A DNA stretch of 64,000 nt from Candidatus Cloacimonadales bacterium. Lineage in GTDB: Bacteria > Cloacimonadota > Cloacimonadia > Cloacimonadales > JAIOQZ01. The translations under genes and the position numbers were made by a program. Location of the stretch: NCBI GenBank assembly GCA_963665815.1, contig OY762463.1:3899600-3963599 (forward strand), in the 5' to 3' direction. Positions 9,058-19,134 of this stretch are shown here, piece by piece (position 1 is the stretch's first letter; every line of letters begins with the position of its first letter). The notes beneath the pieces were generated by a model. It was not told where the DNA came from. It worked only from the letters and a program-made list of their open reading frames with translations, and made no database searches.

Positions 9058-11317
9058 CAGATTTAATAGTATAACCATGAGAATACCAGAAGCTGTTTGT
9101 TATTGTTGAACCTTCAAAGATTAATCGACCAAAACCTGCTAAATCTCCATATAGATGTCCACCCTCAATTGTTCCCATGAAACATGAATTCTCAATTGAG
9201 CTCTCAAAACAAAGTACAACGAAACCCGTAGCATTGTAGGAGTGTAACTTCATGAAACTGTAGCAATCAGATATATTTCCACCGTGAGTTTCCCAACAGA
9301 ATCCAGTGGCATGTTCTTCCGGATTGATACCAGATCCAATTACTCCGTAAACATAAGAATTTATGACATTTGAGTTATGAATATTATGGGCAAACCCCAC
9401 ACCTCCATCTCTTAAACAAACATTAGACCGACAGTTCATTATATTTGAATCTGACATATCACGAGCAAACCCACACCCGTCACCAAAAATTGTACCCTCA
9501 AAAGAACAATTTGTTACTTCAGAAGAAAATATAACGTCTGCGAAACCACCTGAGATTCCTCCGATTATTCCTGAAACCGAACAGTCAGTGATTTCAGAAT
9601 AGTATGAAATACCGAATAAACCACCTCCAGACTGATAACTACTCAGTTCATAATATATATTTTCAAGCCTTAAATTATAAATCTCAGAATCTCTGATTAC
9701 TCCAAACATACCTTGTGAATAAGATGAGTTAGTGTGTCTAATATATAAATTACTGATTGAATAACCGTTTCCATTATAAAATCCAGTGAATTCTTCATCT
9801 GTATTGCCAATAGGGTTAAAGCCTCTTCCTGTAAACCAATATCTTGTACCTGCAGCATCAATATCGGATGTTTGTGAAAAGTAATACCCATTAGTCCAGA
9901 TATCTGTATTAAATGATAACCAGTAAAGATTCTCCAGTTCTGAAATTAAGAAAGGATCATTTTCGGTTCCTGATCCAACAGGGGGATTTCCCAAACAGTT
10001 AACAGGGTTTATGAAGTACGGGTATCCATTGTTTATTCCTGAATCCAAAGCCCAATAATCATTTGAGCCAGAATCATTTCCATTGTAACCTACAAAATCC
10101 CAGGAAGCATCAAGTCCGGCAGTATTAAGGTTAGTATAAGTATCAACTGTTTTCATCTCATTAGTTGTTTTTCCTGTTCCCCCAGCTGATGCTGTTTGCC
10201 CTGAAGTATTGATATTCCAGAAACAATTACTTATTATACCGGAATTGTTTTCATTATCTCCACAAAAACCCCCAACATTCTGATCTCCGCTGACCAAGCC
10301 GGTACTGTAACTATTGTTGATAACTGAATCTTTTACAAATCCAGTAAATCCCCCTGCCGGGTAACCTCCGGAAACAGAAGATGTTGCATAGTTATTACTT
10401 GCTTGTGAATCTTCAAAGTATCCTAGAACTCCACCAACACATGAGATTCCGGAAACTATACCATCAGAATAGCAACCAACAATGTTTGAAGTTTTAGATG
10501 AACCTGTTATACCTCCGGTCCAAGTGTAACCAAAAATGTTGCCTGTATTAGAGCAGTTTAGTAAAAGAGCTTTTTCTGTTCCTCCAGCTATACCTCCTAC
10601 AGCATAACGTCCAGTTATTGTTCCTGTGTTTGAACAATAATTGATCATTGAATAGGCTTTAATGGATGAAACTACTGATCCTGCAATACCTCCTGCATAA
10701 CTACTGGTCCGATTTTGTATTGATACATAGCAGGAGCTCGAGCAATTTTCAATGAATGAGTCTCTGCAACAACCTGTAATACCTCCAACTTTGGAACTCC
10801 CAATAACGACACCTGTAGTATGGAAATTTCTAATTGTACATACATAAATTTCTCCGCATAAAGCTCCTGTTTTTGATAATCCCTTTACTGTTGCATCTGA
10901 AAGGTTCAAATTAACAACTTTTGATCTATGTAGATAAGAAAAGAGTCCTACATAATCTTCATTTGGTCTGTTTATGTAAAGATCACTGATTGTATATCCG
11001 TTTCCATCATATTGTGCAATTGAATTATAGAAATCTCCAATCGGTTGAAAACCCATTGCCGAATCCGGAGTATAAAGGTCATTATCATGATCACCAATAT
11101 TCCAGTTTTGCGTGGCTGATGCATCAATGTCTGATGTCTGCTCGAAGAACATACCAGTTACTGTATTGGAGCTCATCCATAATAGATTATCGAGACTTGA
11201 GACCTGATAAGGATCAGTTTCTGTTCCGGAACCGAGTGGTTGTACTCCTTGTGCATTCAGTAAGGTAGTCATAGTATATATTATACAGAATAAGCTGAGT
11301 ATTTTCAATATTTTCAT
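8543..11317 (-). CDS. Secreted GLUG-motif/beta-helix protein with FlgD-Ig/T9SS-type C-terminal domain (paralog A)
   Basis: Signal peptide; two GSGTExDP modules; VGGxxG repeats; NYPNPFNPETTI...SGVYF...KMLLLK. Confidence 0.85.
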   Translation of the reverse strand: MKILKILSLFCIIYTMTTLLNAQGVQPLGSGTETDPYQVSSLDNLLWMSSNTVTGMFFEQTSDIDASATQNWNIGDHDNDLYTPDSAMGFQPIGDFYNSIAQYDGNGYTISDLYINRPNEDYVGLFSYLHRSKVVNLNLSDATVKGLSKTGALCGEIYVCTIRNFHTTGVVIGSSKVGGITGCCRDSFIENCSSSCYVSIQNRTSSYAGGIAGSVVSSIKAYSMINYCSNTGTITGRYAVGGIAGGTEKALLLNCSNTGNIFGYTWTGGITGSSKTSNIVGCYSDGIVSGISCVGGVLGYFEDSQASNNYATSSVSGGYPAGGFTGFVKDSVINNSYSTGLVSGDQNVGGFCGDNENNSGIISNCFWNINTSGQTASAGGTGKTTNEMKTVDTYTNLNTAGLDASWDFVGYNGNDSGSNDYWALDSGINNGYPYFINPVNCLGNPPVGSGTENDPFLISELENLYWLSFNTDIWTNGYYFSQTSDIDAAGTRYWFTGRGFNPIGNTDEEFTGFYNGNGYSISNLYIRHTNSSYSQGMFGVIRDSEIYNLRLENIYYELSSYQSGGGLFGISYYSEITDCSVSGIIGGISGGFADVIFSSEVTNCSFEGTIFGDGCGFARDMSDSNIMNCRSNVCLRDGGVGFAHNIHNSNVINSYVYGVIGSGINPEEHATGFCWETHGGNISDCYSFMKLHSYNATGFVVLCFESSIENSCFMGTIEGGHLYGDLAGFGRLIFEGSTITNSFWYSHGYTIKSAGGTRVSLAEMKDIATFTDLNTTGLDTPWDFLGTPFDDTGSDDIWAIDPEINDGFPYLYNNYQYFDITDNDDNTVPELPEVSGLNGNYPNPFNPETTISYSLAETGRVNIVVYNIKGQKVTTLVNEQQEKGNHSIKWSGRDSNSKNVSSGVYFVRMKAGKDVSTHKMLLLK

Positions 11318-11334
11318 TTTGCTTCCCTTTTTTA

Positions 11335-11849
11335 TTACTTCAACAAAAGCATTTTATGGGTGCTAACGTCTTTTCCTGCTTTCATTCTGACGAAGTATAC
11401 ACCGGAACTGACATTTTTGCTGTTTGAATCTCTACCAGACCATTTAATCGAGTGGTTTCCCTTTTCCTGCTGCTCATTCACTAGTGTTGTAACTTTTTGT
11501 CCTTTAATGTTGTACACAACAATATTGACTCGACCTGTTTCTGCCAGTGAGTAACTGATAGTTGTTTCCGGGTTAAACGGATTCGGGTAGTTGCCGTTCA
11601 AACCAGATACTTCAGGAAGTTCAGGAACAGTGTTATCATCGTTATCTGTAATATCGAAATACTGATAATTATTATAAAGGTAAGGAAATCCATCATTGAT
11701 TTCCGGATCAATAGCCCAGATATCATCTGAACCAGTATCATCAAAAGGAGTTCCGAGGAAATCCCATGGGGTATCAAGTCCTGTTGTGTTCAGGTCTGTG
11801 AATGTAGCAATGTCTTTCATCTCAGCAAGAGACACTCTGGTTCCTCCTG
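11335..11849 (-). repeat. 515-bp near-identical direct repeat, copy 2 (3' end of paralog B)
   Basis: Matches 8543-9057. Confidence 0.9.
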
Positions 11850-14073
11850 TAGATTCAATACTATCCCCGGAGCAGCACCAGAAGCAATTTAATATTACTG
11901 TGTCATCATTAGTCGTATTACAGAAAGCTGCTCTTGTATTTGTAAAAAAATATGAATTTTTTATTGTTGATGTACCTGTAGAGATGTTAATAAATGCTGG
12001 GCACCAATCACCATAGCGTATCGAATCAGCAATGCTGTAGCAGTTTTCAATTGTACTGTTATCGATACTATCAGAAAATCCTCTATGATCAAGAGTTTTA
12101 CATTCAGAATAGCAACCTGTTATAGTGCAATCATATAAAAATACTGCAAACCCACCACTTAATTCTGCTTTACTTACACAATAACAGTTTTCTATTATTG
12201 AATTTGCTGCAGTTCGAATGAACATTCCCCCCGTTGTTGATCTGCTATTGGTGACTGAATAACAATCTTGAAAAGTACAATCATAAGCTTCAACACAAAA
12301 ACCAATATTTGATGCTCCAATTGCTGAGCAGGACTCGAATCCGGTATTAGTTGCTTCTCCTACGAATCCCCCTGTAGTTCCCTGCCCAACATACTCGAAA
12401 TTCACAACATTGAGATCATAGAACTCAGAATTTTCTACATTACCGAACATACCAGTGTTTATTCTAATTTCAATATACTGATCAGGACTGAGATTTAAAT
12501 AAAGATTGTAAATGTTATGACCATTTCCGTTAACATTTCCAATAAATGGATTTAATTCTGTTCCTATTACTCCAAAGCCTTTACCGTTGTTCCATGTAAT
12601 AGTTTCAGCTGCATCAATGTTAGATGTAAGTTCAAAGAATGCTCCCTGATTCCATATTTCAGGAGTATAACTGAGCCACTGGAGATTTGCGAGAGATGAT
12701 ATAAGATAAGGATCGTCATTTGTTCCTGTTCCATTGGGGACTTGCCCGGTATTATCGGTTGGATTCAGAAGATACGGGTATCCATCATTAATAGTTGAAT
12801 TAATATCCCAATAATCATTGGTGCCAGAGTCATTTCCTTGTAATCCTGTGAAATCCCATGCAGAATATAATCCAACAGTACTGGTATTTACAAAAGTGGA
12901 TAAATTTTTCATTTCACTTGTTGTTTTACCTGTTCCTCCTCCACCTGTAATAGATAATCCGGAAGTTTCCGTATCCCAGAAACAATTGCGTATTGTGTTA
13001 TCAGGGAACCATGATGGAGTGCCCATCAGCCCTCCAATATCTTCTCCACTAACCAAGCCGGTACTATAGCAATTATTAACATAAGAGTCTTCAGATATTC
13101 CGCAGAAACCTCCCCCAGTGTATTGGCAGGTGACATCTGATCTTGAAAAGCAATTCCTTACATTACATTTGTCGATTGCACCAGCAATTCCTCCAATATT
13201 CCTAGAACCTGTAATCTGTCCATAAGATGTGCAGCAGGTTATAGTCGAGTTATCCAGCAATCCGCATATTCCTCCTGAATAATTGGAATAACTAATAACA
13301 CTTCCATAATTTACACAATTAACCAGGTTAACAAAAATTCCACCTCCCATAATTCCTCCACCACCCCAGCTGTGTGAGACAATTGTGCCTGTATTTGTAC
13401 AATTCTGGATTCCGCAATAGAAAGGAGCGTCAATATAATAAGCACTTCCGATAATTCCCCCAACTTCTCCACCTATAACAGTGCAATCATTTGTACAGTT
13501 TGCTATTCTGGTATTTTCGATCCAACTGCTTATACCTCCACATTTTCCATAACAAGATTTTATTATCCCGGAAGTATGACAACTAATTATAATTGAGTAT
13601 TGTAAATATCCTGCAATTCCTCCAGTACAGTTATCTCCTGTGATGCATGCATCTGAAAGGTTCAAATTAACAACTTTTGATCTATATAGATTAGAAAAGA
13701 GTCCTACATCATCTTCATTGGGTCTGTTTATATTAAGATCACTGATTGTATATCCGTTTCCATCATATTGTGCAATTGAATTATGGAACTCTCCAATCGG
13801 TTGAAAACCCATTGCCGAATCCGGAGTATTAGGGTCATTATCATGATTACCAATATTCCAGTTTTGCGTGGCTGATGCATCAATGTCTGATGTCTGCTCG
13901 AAGAACATTCCTGTTACTGTATTGGAGCTCATCCACAATAGATTATCGAGACTGGAGACCTGATAAGGATCAGATTCTGTTCCGGAACCGAGTGGTTGTA
14001 CACCTTGTGCGTTTAGAATTGATTGTAATAGTAGAAATGCCATCAGGCAGTAAAGTAGTCTAAGACTTTTCAT
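11335..14073 (-). CDS. Secreted GLUG-motif/beta-helix protein with FlgD-Ig/T9SS-type C-terminal domain (paralog B)
   Basis: Same architecture as paralog A. Start moved to ATG 14073 (MKSLR, RBS AGGGGG, signal peptide) from ORF-track 14136. Confidence 0.85.
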   Translation of the reverse strand: MKSLRLLYCLMAFLLLQSILNAQGVQPLGSGTESDPYQVSSLDNLLWMSSNTVTGMFFEQTSDIDASATQNWNIGNHDNDPNTPDSAMGFQPIGEFHNSIAQYDGNGYTISDLNINRPNEDDVGLFSNLYRSKVVNLNLSDACITGDNCTGGIAGYLQYSIIISCHTSGIIKSCYGKCGGISSWIENTRIANCTNDCTVIGGEVGGIIGSAYYIDAPFYCGIQNCTNTGTIVSHSWGGGGIMGGGIFVNLVNCVNYGSVISYSNYSGGICGLLDNSTITCCTSYGQITGSRNIGGIAGAIDKCNVRNCFSRSDVTCQYTGGGFCGISEDSYVNNCYSTGLVSGEDIGGLMGTPSWFPDNTIRNCFWDTETSGLSITGGGGTGKTTSEMKNLSTFVNTSTVGLYSAWDFTGLQGNDSGTNDYWDINSTINDGYPYLLNPTDNTGQVPNGTGTNDDPYLISSLANLQWLSYTPEIWNQGAFFELTSNIDAAETITWNNGKGFGVIGTELNPFIGNVNGNGHNIYNLYLNLSPDQYIEIRINTGMFGNVENSEFYDLNVVNFEYVGQGTTGGFVGEATNTGFESCSAIGASNIGFCVEAYDCTFQDCYSVTNSRSTTGGMFIRTAANSIIENCYCVSKAELSGGFAVFLYDCTITGCYSECKTLDHRGFSDSIDNSTIENCYSIADSIRYGDWCPAFINISTGTSTIKNSYFFTNTRAAFCNTTNDDTVILNCFWCCSGDSIESTGGTRVSLAEMKDIATFTDLNTTGLDTPWDFLGTPFDDTGSDDIWAIDPEINDGFPYLYNNYQYFDITDNDDNTVPELPEVSGLNGNYPNPFNPETTISYSLAETGRVNIVVYNIKGQKVTTLVNEQQEKGNHSIKWSGRDSNSKNVSSGVYFVRMKAGKDVSTHKMLLLK

Positions 14074-14272
14074 TTTTCCCCCTGTATACTTTGTGAAGCA
14101 ATATCCCCTTTGCTTACTAAAGATATATTTGAACAATTTTAAATATATTCTATAACGTTTGTCAATAAGAAATGTTATTATTTACAGGCTTGCAATATTA
14201 CTATCTTGACAATAATATTCTTACGTAGATAAAAAGATTTAATGGAAAAATCTGATTAAACAAGGAGACTGA

Positions 14273-15040
14273 ATGATTACGGTTAAAAACTTAGTTAAAA
14301 CATTCAAGACCACCAAAGACCAGAGAAAGAAAATGGAAGTCCCCGTGAAAGAAATCAATGCTGTGGAAAACGTCAGCTTTGAGTGTAAACCGGGGAGAAT
14401 CTTCTCATTGCTTGGTCCTAACGGTGCCGGAAAAACAACGACTCTGAGAATAATAGCAGCCTTAATGAAACCTACTTCCGGGTCAGTGGAAGTTAACGGA
14501 TATGACGTCACAAAACAAGATAAAGAAGTACACAGGAATATCGGATTCCTGACAGGATCAACCAAACTTTACGACAGACTTTCACCGCGTGAGATAGTAA
14601 AGTACTACGGAAATCTATACGGACTGGATAAGACTGTCCTCAACAGACGTATAGACGAATATTTTACTGTTCTTGACATGCACAGTTTTGCCGATCAGCG
14701 TATTGGCAAGCTTTCATCCGGCATGAAACAGAAAACATCTATTGTACGTACAATGATCCATGATCCGCAGGTGCTTGTATTTGATGAAGCTACAGTTGGA
14801 CTGGATGTTATCACATCAAAGAATATCGTGCAGCTTGTGCGTAAATGCAGAAATGACGGTAAAACGATAATCTTCTCAACCCACATAATGGGAGAGGTTG
14901 CTCTGCTGAGTGATGATCTGGCAATTATCCATAAAGGAAAGCTCCTGTACAACGGAACATATCAGTCTTTCTGTGATGAGATAGGGGATATTACCGTAGA
15001 AGAAGGATTTATCAAATACATAGAAGGAGCTGAAAAATGA
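14273..15040 (+). CDS. ABC exporter ATP-binding protein (NatA-like)
   Basis: GPNGAGKTT, LSSGMKQK, VFDEATVGLD, FSTH. Confidence 0.9.
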   Translation: MITVKNLVKTFKTTKDQRKKMEVPVKEINAVENVSFECKPGRIFSLLGPNGAGKTTTLRIIAALMKPTSGSVEVNGYDVTKQDKEVHRNIGFLTGSTKLYDRLSPREIVKYYGNLYGLDKTVLNRRIDEYFTVLDMHSFADQRIGKLSSGMKQKTSIVRTMIHDPQVLVFDEATVGLDVITSKNIVQLVRKCRNDGKTIIFSTHIMGEVALLSDDLAIIHKGKLLYNGTYQSFCDEIGDITVEEGFIKYIEGAEK

Positions 15041-16233
15041 ATGCAATAAAAACAATCATGAAAAAAGAGTTCCTTGATATTACAAGAGATAAACGTACAT
15101 TAATCACAATGATTATTCTTCCTCTGATGCTTTTCCCTGTTCTCCTGAACGTAATGACAAAAGTGTCTGTGAGAATGGCAAAAAAAGAAAAAGCTAAAGC
15201 TCTCCAGGTTGCAGTGATAAAAGATAAAACACCGCAGCAATTCCAGACATTTCTGGAAGGCTACGAGAATGTTGAAATTGTCTATGAGACATCTGAAGAT
15301 GAAATTAATGACAAGATTGTTAATGACAGTCTGGATGTGTACTTCATGTTCAGCAGTGACTTCTTTGAGAAAATCAAAGAGTTGGGAACAGGTAGAATAG
15401 ACGCTTATTACAAATCAAAATCTACAACCGGGATTGTTAAAAAACGTATTCAGGATATTCTCGATGAATACAAAAAACCGTTTATGGATGAGCGTTATGA
15501 TGCTCTGGGAATAGAGGCAAAACAACTGGATGTTATTGATCTGGAAATTACCAATATGGCGACTATGCAGGAAGAGGTGGCAGAAAATGTTGGTGGATTT
15601 ATCCCGTACCTGTTCATAATATTCTGTTTCATGGGAGCTATGTATCCAGCGATAGATCTGGCTGCTGGCGAAAAAGAGCGCGGTACTTATGAAACTCTTC
15701 TGACAACCCCTGTATCCAGATTCGAGATTTTACTCGGTAAATTCGGAGTTGTGACAATAGGTGGACTTGTTTCTGCCATTGCAGGGATTGTAGGACTCTA
15801 TATCGGTGTCAGAATGAATTCAGATATACCGAAAGATCTGCTTGAATCACTTATTAGTATACTTGAAATCAAGTCTATGATTATTGTTACGACGCTTCTG
15901 ATACCGCTGTCAGTATTCTTCTCAGGTCTGCTTCTATCGTTGTCAATCATAGCGAAATCATTCAAAGAAGCTCAGAGCATTGTTTCTCCGCTGATGATTG
16001 TTGTTATTTTACCAGCGGTTATGGGAATGCTACCGGGAATAGAACTTAATACCGGCACAGCACTGATTCCTATTCTGAACGTTACTCTGGCAACAAAAGT
16101 AGTTCTATCAGGTAATTACCCTGTTGTGAATTTAGCTTTAGTTTACATATCTCTTTCTGTATTTGCCTGTGCAGCTCTTTACGTAAGTTCTCTCATTTTC
16201 AAAAGAGAAAGCTCAGTCTTCAATAAAGGTTAG
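15037..16233 (+). CDS. ABC-2 type exporter permease (NatB-like)
   Basis: KKEFLDITRDKRTL, AIDLAAGEKERGTYETLLTTPVSR, AKSFKEAQ; ATGA overlap with the ATPase gene. Confidence 0.88.
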   Translation: MNAIKTIMKKEFLDITRDKRTLITMIILPLMLFPVLLNVMTKVSVRMAKKEKAKALQVAVIKDKTPQQFQTFLEGYENVEIVYETSEDEINDKIVNDSLDVYFMFSSDFFEKIKELGTGRIDAYYKSKSTTGIVKKRIQDILDEYKKPFMDERYDALGIEAKQLDVIDLEITNMATMQEEVAENVGGFIPYLFIIFCFMGAMYPAIDLAAGEKERGTYETLLTTPVSRFEILLGKFGVVTIGGLVSAIAGIVGLYIGVRMNSDIPKDLLESLISILEIKSMIIVTTLLIPLSVFFSGLLLSLSIIAKSFKEAQSIVSPLMIVVILPAVMGMLPGIELNTGTALIPILNVTLATKVVLSGNYPVVNLALVYISLSVFACAALYVSSLIFKRESSVFNKG

Positions 16234-16247
16234 ATAATGAGGATGTT

Positions 16248-17285
16248 ATGGATAAGATTCGACTGACGCAGTACTCGCGGTACTCCGGTTGCGGAGCTAA
16301 ATTAGGGCCGTGCGCCTTAAATAAAGCACTGGGTGGCTTGAAACAACCCGAATATCTGAACCTGATTGCAGGTTATGAACATTCTGAAGATGCAGGCGTT
16401 TACAAGATTAATGACGAAACGGCTATTGTGCAGACTGTTGACTTTTTCCCTCCAATAGTTGACGATCCTTATACATTTGGTCAGATTGCTGCTGCAAATG
16501 CACTGTCTGATATTTATGCAATGGGTGGGACTCCAATAACTGCTCTGAGTATTGTAGGTTTTCCAACAGACAAGCTCGATATGAGTGTACTGAGAGCAAT
16601 CATGGATGGAGGTCTCTCCAAACTCAAGGAAGCTGGAGCAGCGCTGCTTGGAGGTCACAGTATTAATGATTCCGAAGTTAAGTATGGGCTTGCCGTGACA
16701 GGGACTATTCATCCTGATAAAATCTATCTCAATAACACTCCTCGAGCCGGGGATAAGATTGTACTGACGAAACCGCTGGGTAATGGAACGATCAATACTG
16801 CTCTTAAGGCAGAGATGGTCAGAGAAGAATCTCTTGCTGAGGCTACTCGCTATATGGTTATGCTGAATAAACAGGCTGCAGAAATAGCTGGCAATTATGA
16901 AATATCAGCCTGTACGGATATTACAGGTTTTGGTTTACTTGGACATATTAAGGAAATGTTTGCTGGCAGCAATTGCGGAGTAGAGCTTGAATTCTCAAAA
17001 ATTCCGGCACTTCCTTACGCTATGGAGTACATTAATGATGGTCTTGTTCCGGGTGGAACTATGAAGAACAGACAGTTCTGTGAAGATTTGATTATTAACA
17101 GAGCAGATGTTAAAGATGAAATGGTTGATTTGTTATGTGATCCTCAGACTTCCGGTGGACTGTTGTTTTCCGTCTCTGCTGATCAGGTAATGAAAATGGT
17201 CCAGGAGATGAACTCGGCTGGTTTACCTGCAGCGGTAATCGGTATAGTAAAAGCTGACGAATATGGCGTATTTGTAAAAGCATAG
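16248..17285 (+). CDS. selD: Selenide, water dikinase SelD (Cys form)
   Basis: LTQYSRYSGCGAK, EDAGVY, QTVDFFPPIVDDPY, ANALSDIYAMGG, TDITGFGLLGH, DPQTSGGLL. Confidence 0.96.
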   Translation: MDKIRLTQYSRYSGCGAKLGPCALNKALGGLKQPEYLNLIAGYEHSEDAGVYKINDETAIVQTVDFFPPIVDDPYTFGQIAAANALSDIYAMGGTPITALSIVGFPTDKLDMSVLRAIMDGGLSKLKEAGAALLGGHSINDSEVKYGLAVTGTIHPDKIYLNNTPRAGDKIVLTKPLGNGTINTALKAEMVREESLAEATRYMVMLNKQAAEIAGNYEISACTDITGFGLLGHIKEMFAGSNCGVELEFSKIPALPYAMEYINDGLVPGGTMKNRQFCEDLIINRADVKDEMVDLLCDPQTSGGLLFSVSADQVMKMVQEMNSAGLPAAVIGIVKADEYGVFVKA

Positions 17286-17311
17286 TAAAGACATAAAAAC
17301 ATATATTCAAT

Positions 17312-17346
17312 AACTGCTGGGCTGACAATCTCAGCAGTTTTCTTTT
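17312..17346 (+). terminator. Rho-independent terminator after selD
   Basis: AACTGCTGGG..CTCAGCAGTT stem followed by TTCTTTT. Confidence 0.7.
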
Positions 17347-17763
17347 GTTCATAATGTTTCATTTAAGGGGATTAGAGCATCCAATGAACATAAGGAAACA
17401 GAAAGGCAAACGTTTCATAACATGTCGACAATGTGACAATATGGAGCAATGCCTTAACAAAGCAACTGCATGATACACTTTTTTTTGATATTGTAATTTA
17501 TTGTAGGGATTGAAGATATAACGTGATTTCTGCGTAAAAATCAGGGTGGTTTGTCATATAATATAGAAAATCATTGATTTAATTCTGGTAAGTAGGGATG
17601 GACATTTAAGCCGAATATTTCGGCTTATTTCCCTGCTTTTTGTTAAATTGATTTTCTGAAGTTGAGGACTAAAAATTTATCAGTATGTATTCAACTGGGG
17701 AAAGATATTTTGGGTATAACCCGTGGAGTGTGTAAGCCGGTTCTGCCGGCTTTCTTTTTTTGC

Positions 17764-17796
17764 AAAAAAAAGGTCTACCGATTACTCGATAGACCT
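17764..17796 (-). terminator. Rho-independent terminator
   Basis: AGGTCTA/TAGACCT stem with an A-run on the plus strand, just downstream of the 17816 gene. Confidence 0.65.
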
Positions 17797-17815
17797 GTAA
17801 TATGTTTAGTATTAA

Positions 17816-19078
17816 TTATTTCATCAATACAAGCTTTGCTGTTGTTGTTCCGGACTTTGTTTTCAAGACTGCAAAATATACTCCGGTAGAAAAACTATCT
17901 GCTTTCCATGTAATGTTATGATTTCCCTTTGTGAATCCTTTATTCACAATAGTGTCAACTTTTTGACCTTTAACATTGTAAACAGAGATTTCAACATTTG
18001 AATCACTTACAAGATTGAAATTCAGTGTAGTTTCAGGGTTGAAAGGATTTGGATAGTTTGAAAGAGAGAGAACTGATTTTGCTGCATTAACATCATCAAT
18101 AGCGTTATCGCCATAACCAAATACTACTTTACCTTCATTTTCCCATTCTCTGGAAATTATGCTTTGCACCTGACTAAGAAATTCAACAGGTTTATTTTCA
18201 GTGTTAAATGAGATTGTTCCTCTTTGTGTTTCAATCCAGTCATCACTTGACCAGAAGAATTCACTCCAGGCAGAAGGCATGCTTCTACTGAACTGGTATG
18301 TCGTTTTCTCAACATTTTGCCATGCATCTGTCTGCCATTCCTGTTCAATTTCTTCTACAAGATTGTCACCGCTGTAAGCATAAGTATTATTGTATACATC
18401 TACCCAGTTAATCTGATCAAATTCCTGTTCATTGATTGTAGATACTTTTCCATTTGAATAAGCAAGAAGACATTTTCTATCATCTGTCCAAACTGATTCA
18501 TCGTTATACTGACTCAGGGATTCGGTTAAATCAGATCCTGTATAAGTATATAACAATCTGTCTTCGTTTGTCCAGGTTCCGTCAATTGGATCAGGAATCT
18601 GCATTACAGCTTCGGTAAGTTCACCTGAGTTTCCGTATGTATATGTTTCTCTACCTGTAGCGATAGGAGTGTCTCCCATATCGTAGGCCATATCAATCTG
18701 AGTAATATTTCCACTGTTCCAGGTTACATCATAAATAACAGACATTCTGTCTCTGCCAAACGCCATATCGATGATCATTCTTGATACCTGATCACCTGAG
18801 TATTCAAGAATTACTGATCCGGTTTCGTTCCATGCACCATCTGCCCATGTGTACATTCTGATGGATGTATTTCCATACATGCCATAGAGTTTTGTAAGAG
18901 TGAGCAGCTCAGGATACACTTCATTCAGGATCGGATCATAATAATCTCTTGTGTGTTCATTAGAAATTTTTGATAGAAGTTTAATCTGCTTGTTTACAAA
19001 TGCTTTATGCAGATCAAAAGCTTGAGCACTGAGTAAAGCAATACTCATAATAAGTAAAACTAATATAGTTCTTTTCAT
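17816..19078 (-). CDS. Secreted beta-strand-repeat (YTY..W) protein with FlgD-Ig/T9SS-type C-terminal domain
   Basis: Signal peptide; ~24-aa Y/W-rich repeats; NYPNPFNPETT...KLVLMK. Confidence 0.8.
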   Translation of the reverse strand: MKRTILVLLIMSIALLSAQAFDLHKAFVNKQIKLLSKISNEHTRDYYDPILNEVYPELLTLTKLYGMYGNTSIRMYTWADGAWNETGSVILEYSGDQVSRMIIDMAFGRDRMSVIYDVTWNSGNITQIDMAYDMGDTPIATGRETYTYGNSGELTEAVMQIPDPIDGTWTNEDRLLYTYTGSDLTESLSQYNDESVWTDDRKCLLAYSNGKVSTINEQEFDQINWVDVYNNTYAYSGDNLVEEIEQEWQTDAWQNVEKTTYQFSRSMPSAWSEFFWSSDDWIETQRGTISFNTENKPVEFLSQVQSIISREWENEGKVVFGYGDNAIDDVNAAKSVLSLSNYPNPFNPETTLNFNLVSDSNVEISVYNVKGQKVDTIVNKGFTKGNHNITWKADSFSTGVYFAVLKTKSGTTTAKLVLMK

Positions 19079-19134
19079 TGGTTGCCTCCAGACATAATAT
19101 TTAGTTTTCGAAAATATCGATTCAAGAAACTACA

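Noticed and set aside
8568..11554. Two identical 64-aa plus-strand ORFs (8568-8762, 11360-11554)
   Set aside because: Antisense shadows of the duplicated C-terminal domain.
8543..14073. Diversity-generating retroelement (template/variable repeat pair)
   Set aside because: The repeats lie in equivalent positions of two full genes, show no adenine-specific mismatch pattern, and no reverse transcriptase is present.
14074..14136. N-terminal extension MFKYIFSKQRG of paralog B
   Set aside because: RBS, signal peptide and alignment with paralog A point to ATG 14073.
17662..17889. 75-aa plus-strand ORF
   Set aside because: Runs through two terminator hairpins and overlaps the convergent gene; no recognisable motif.
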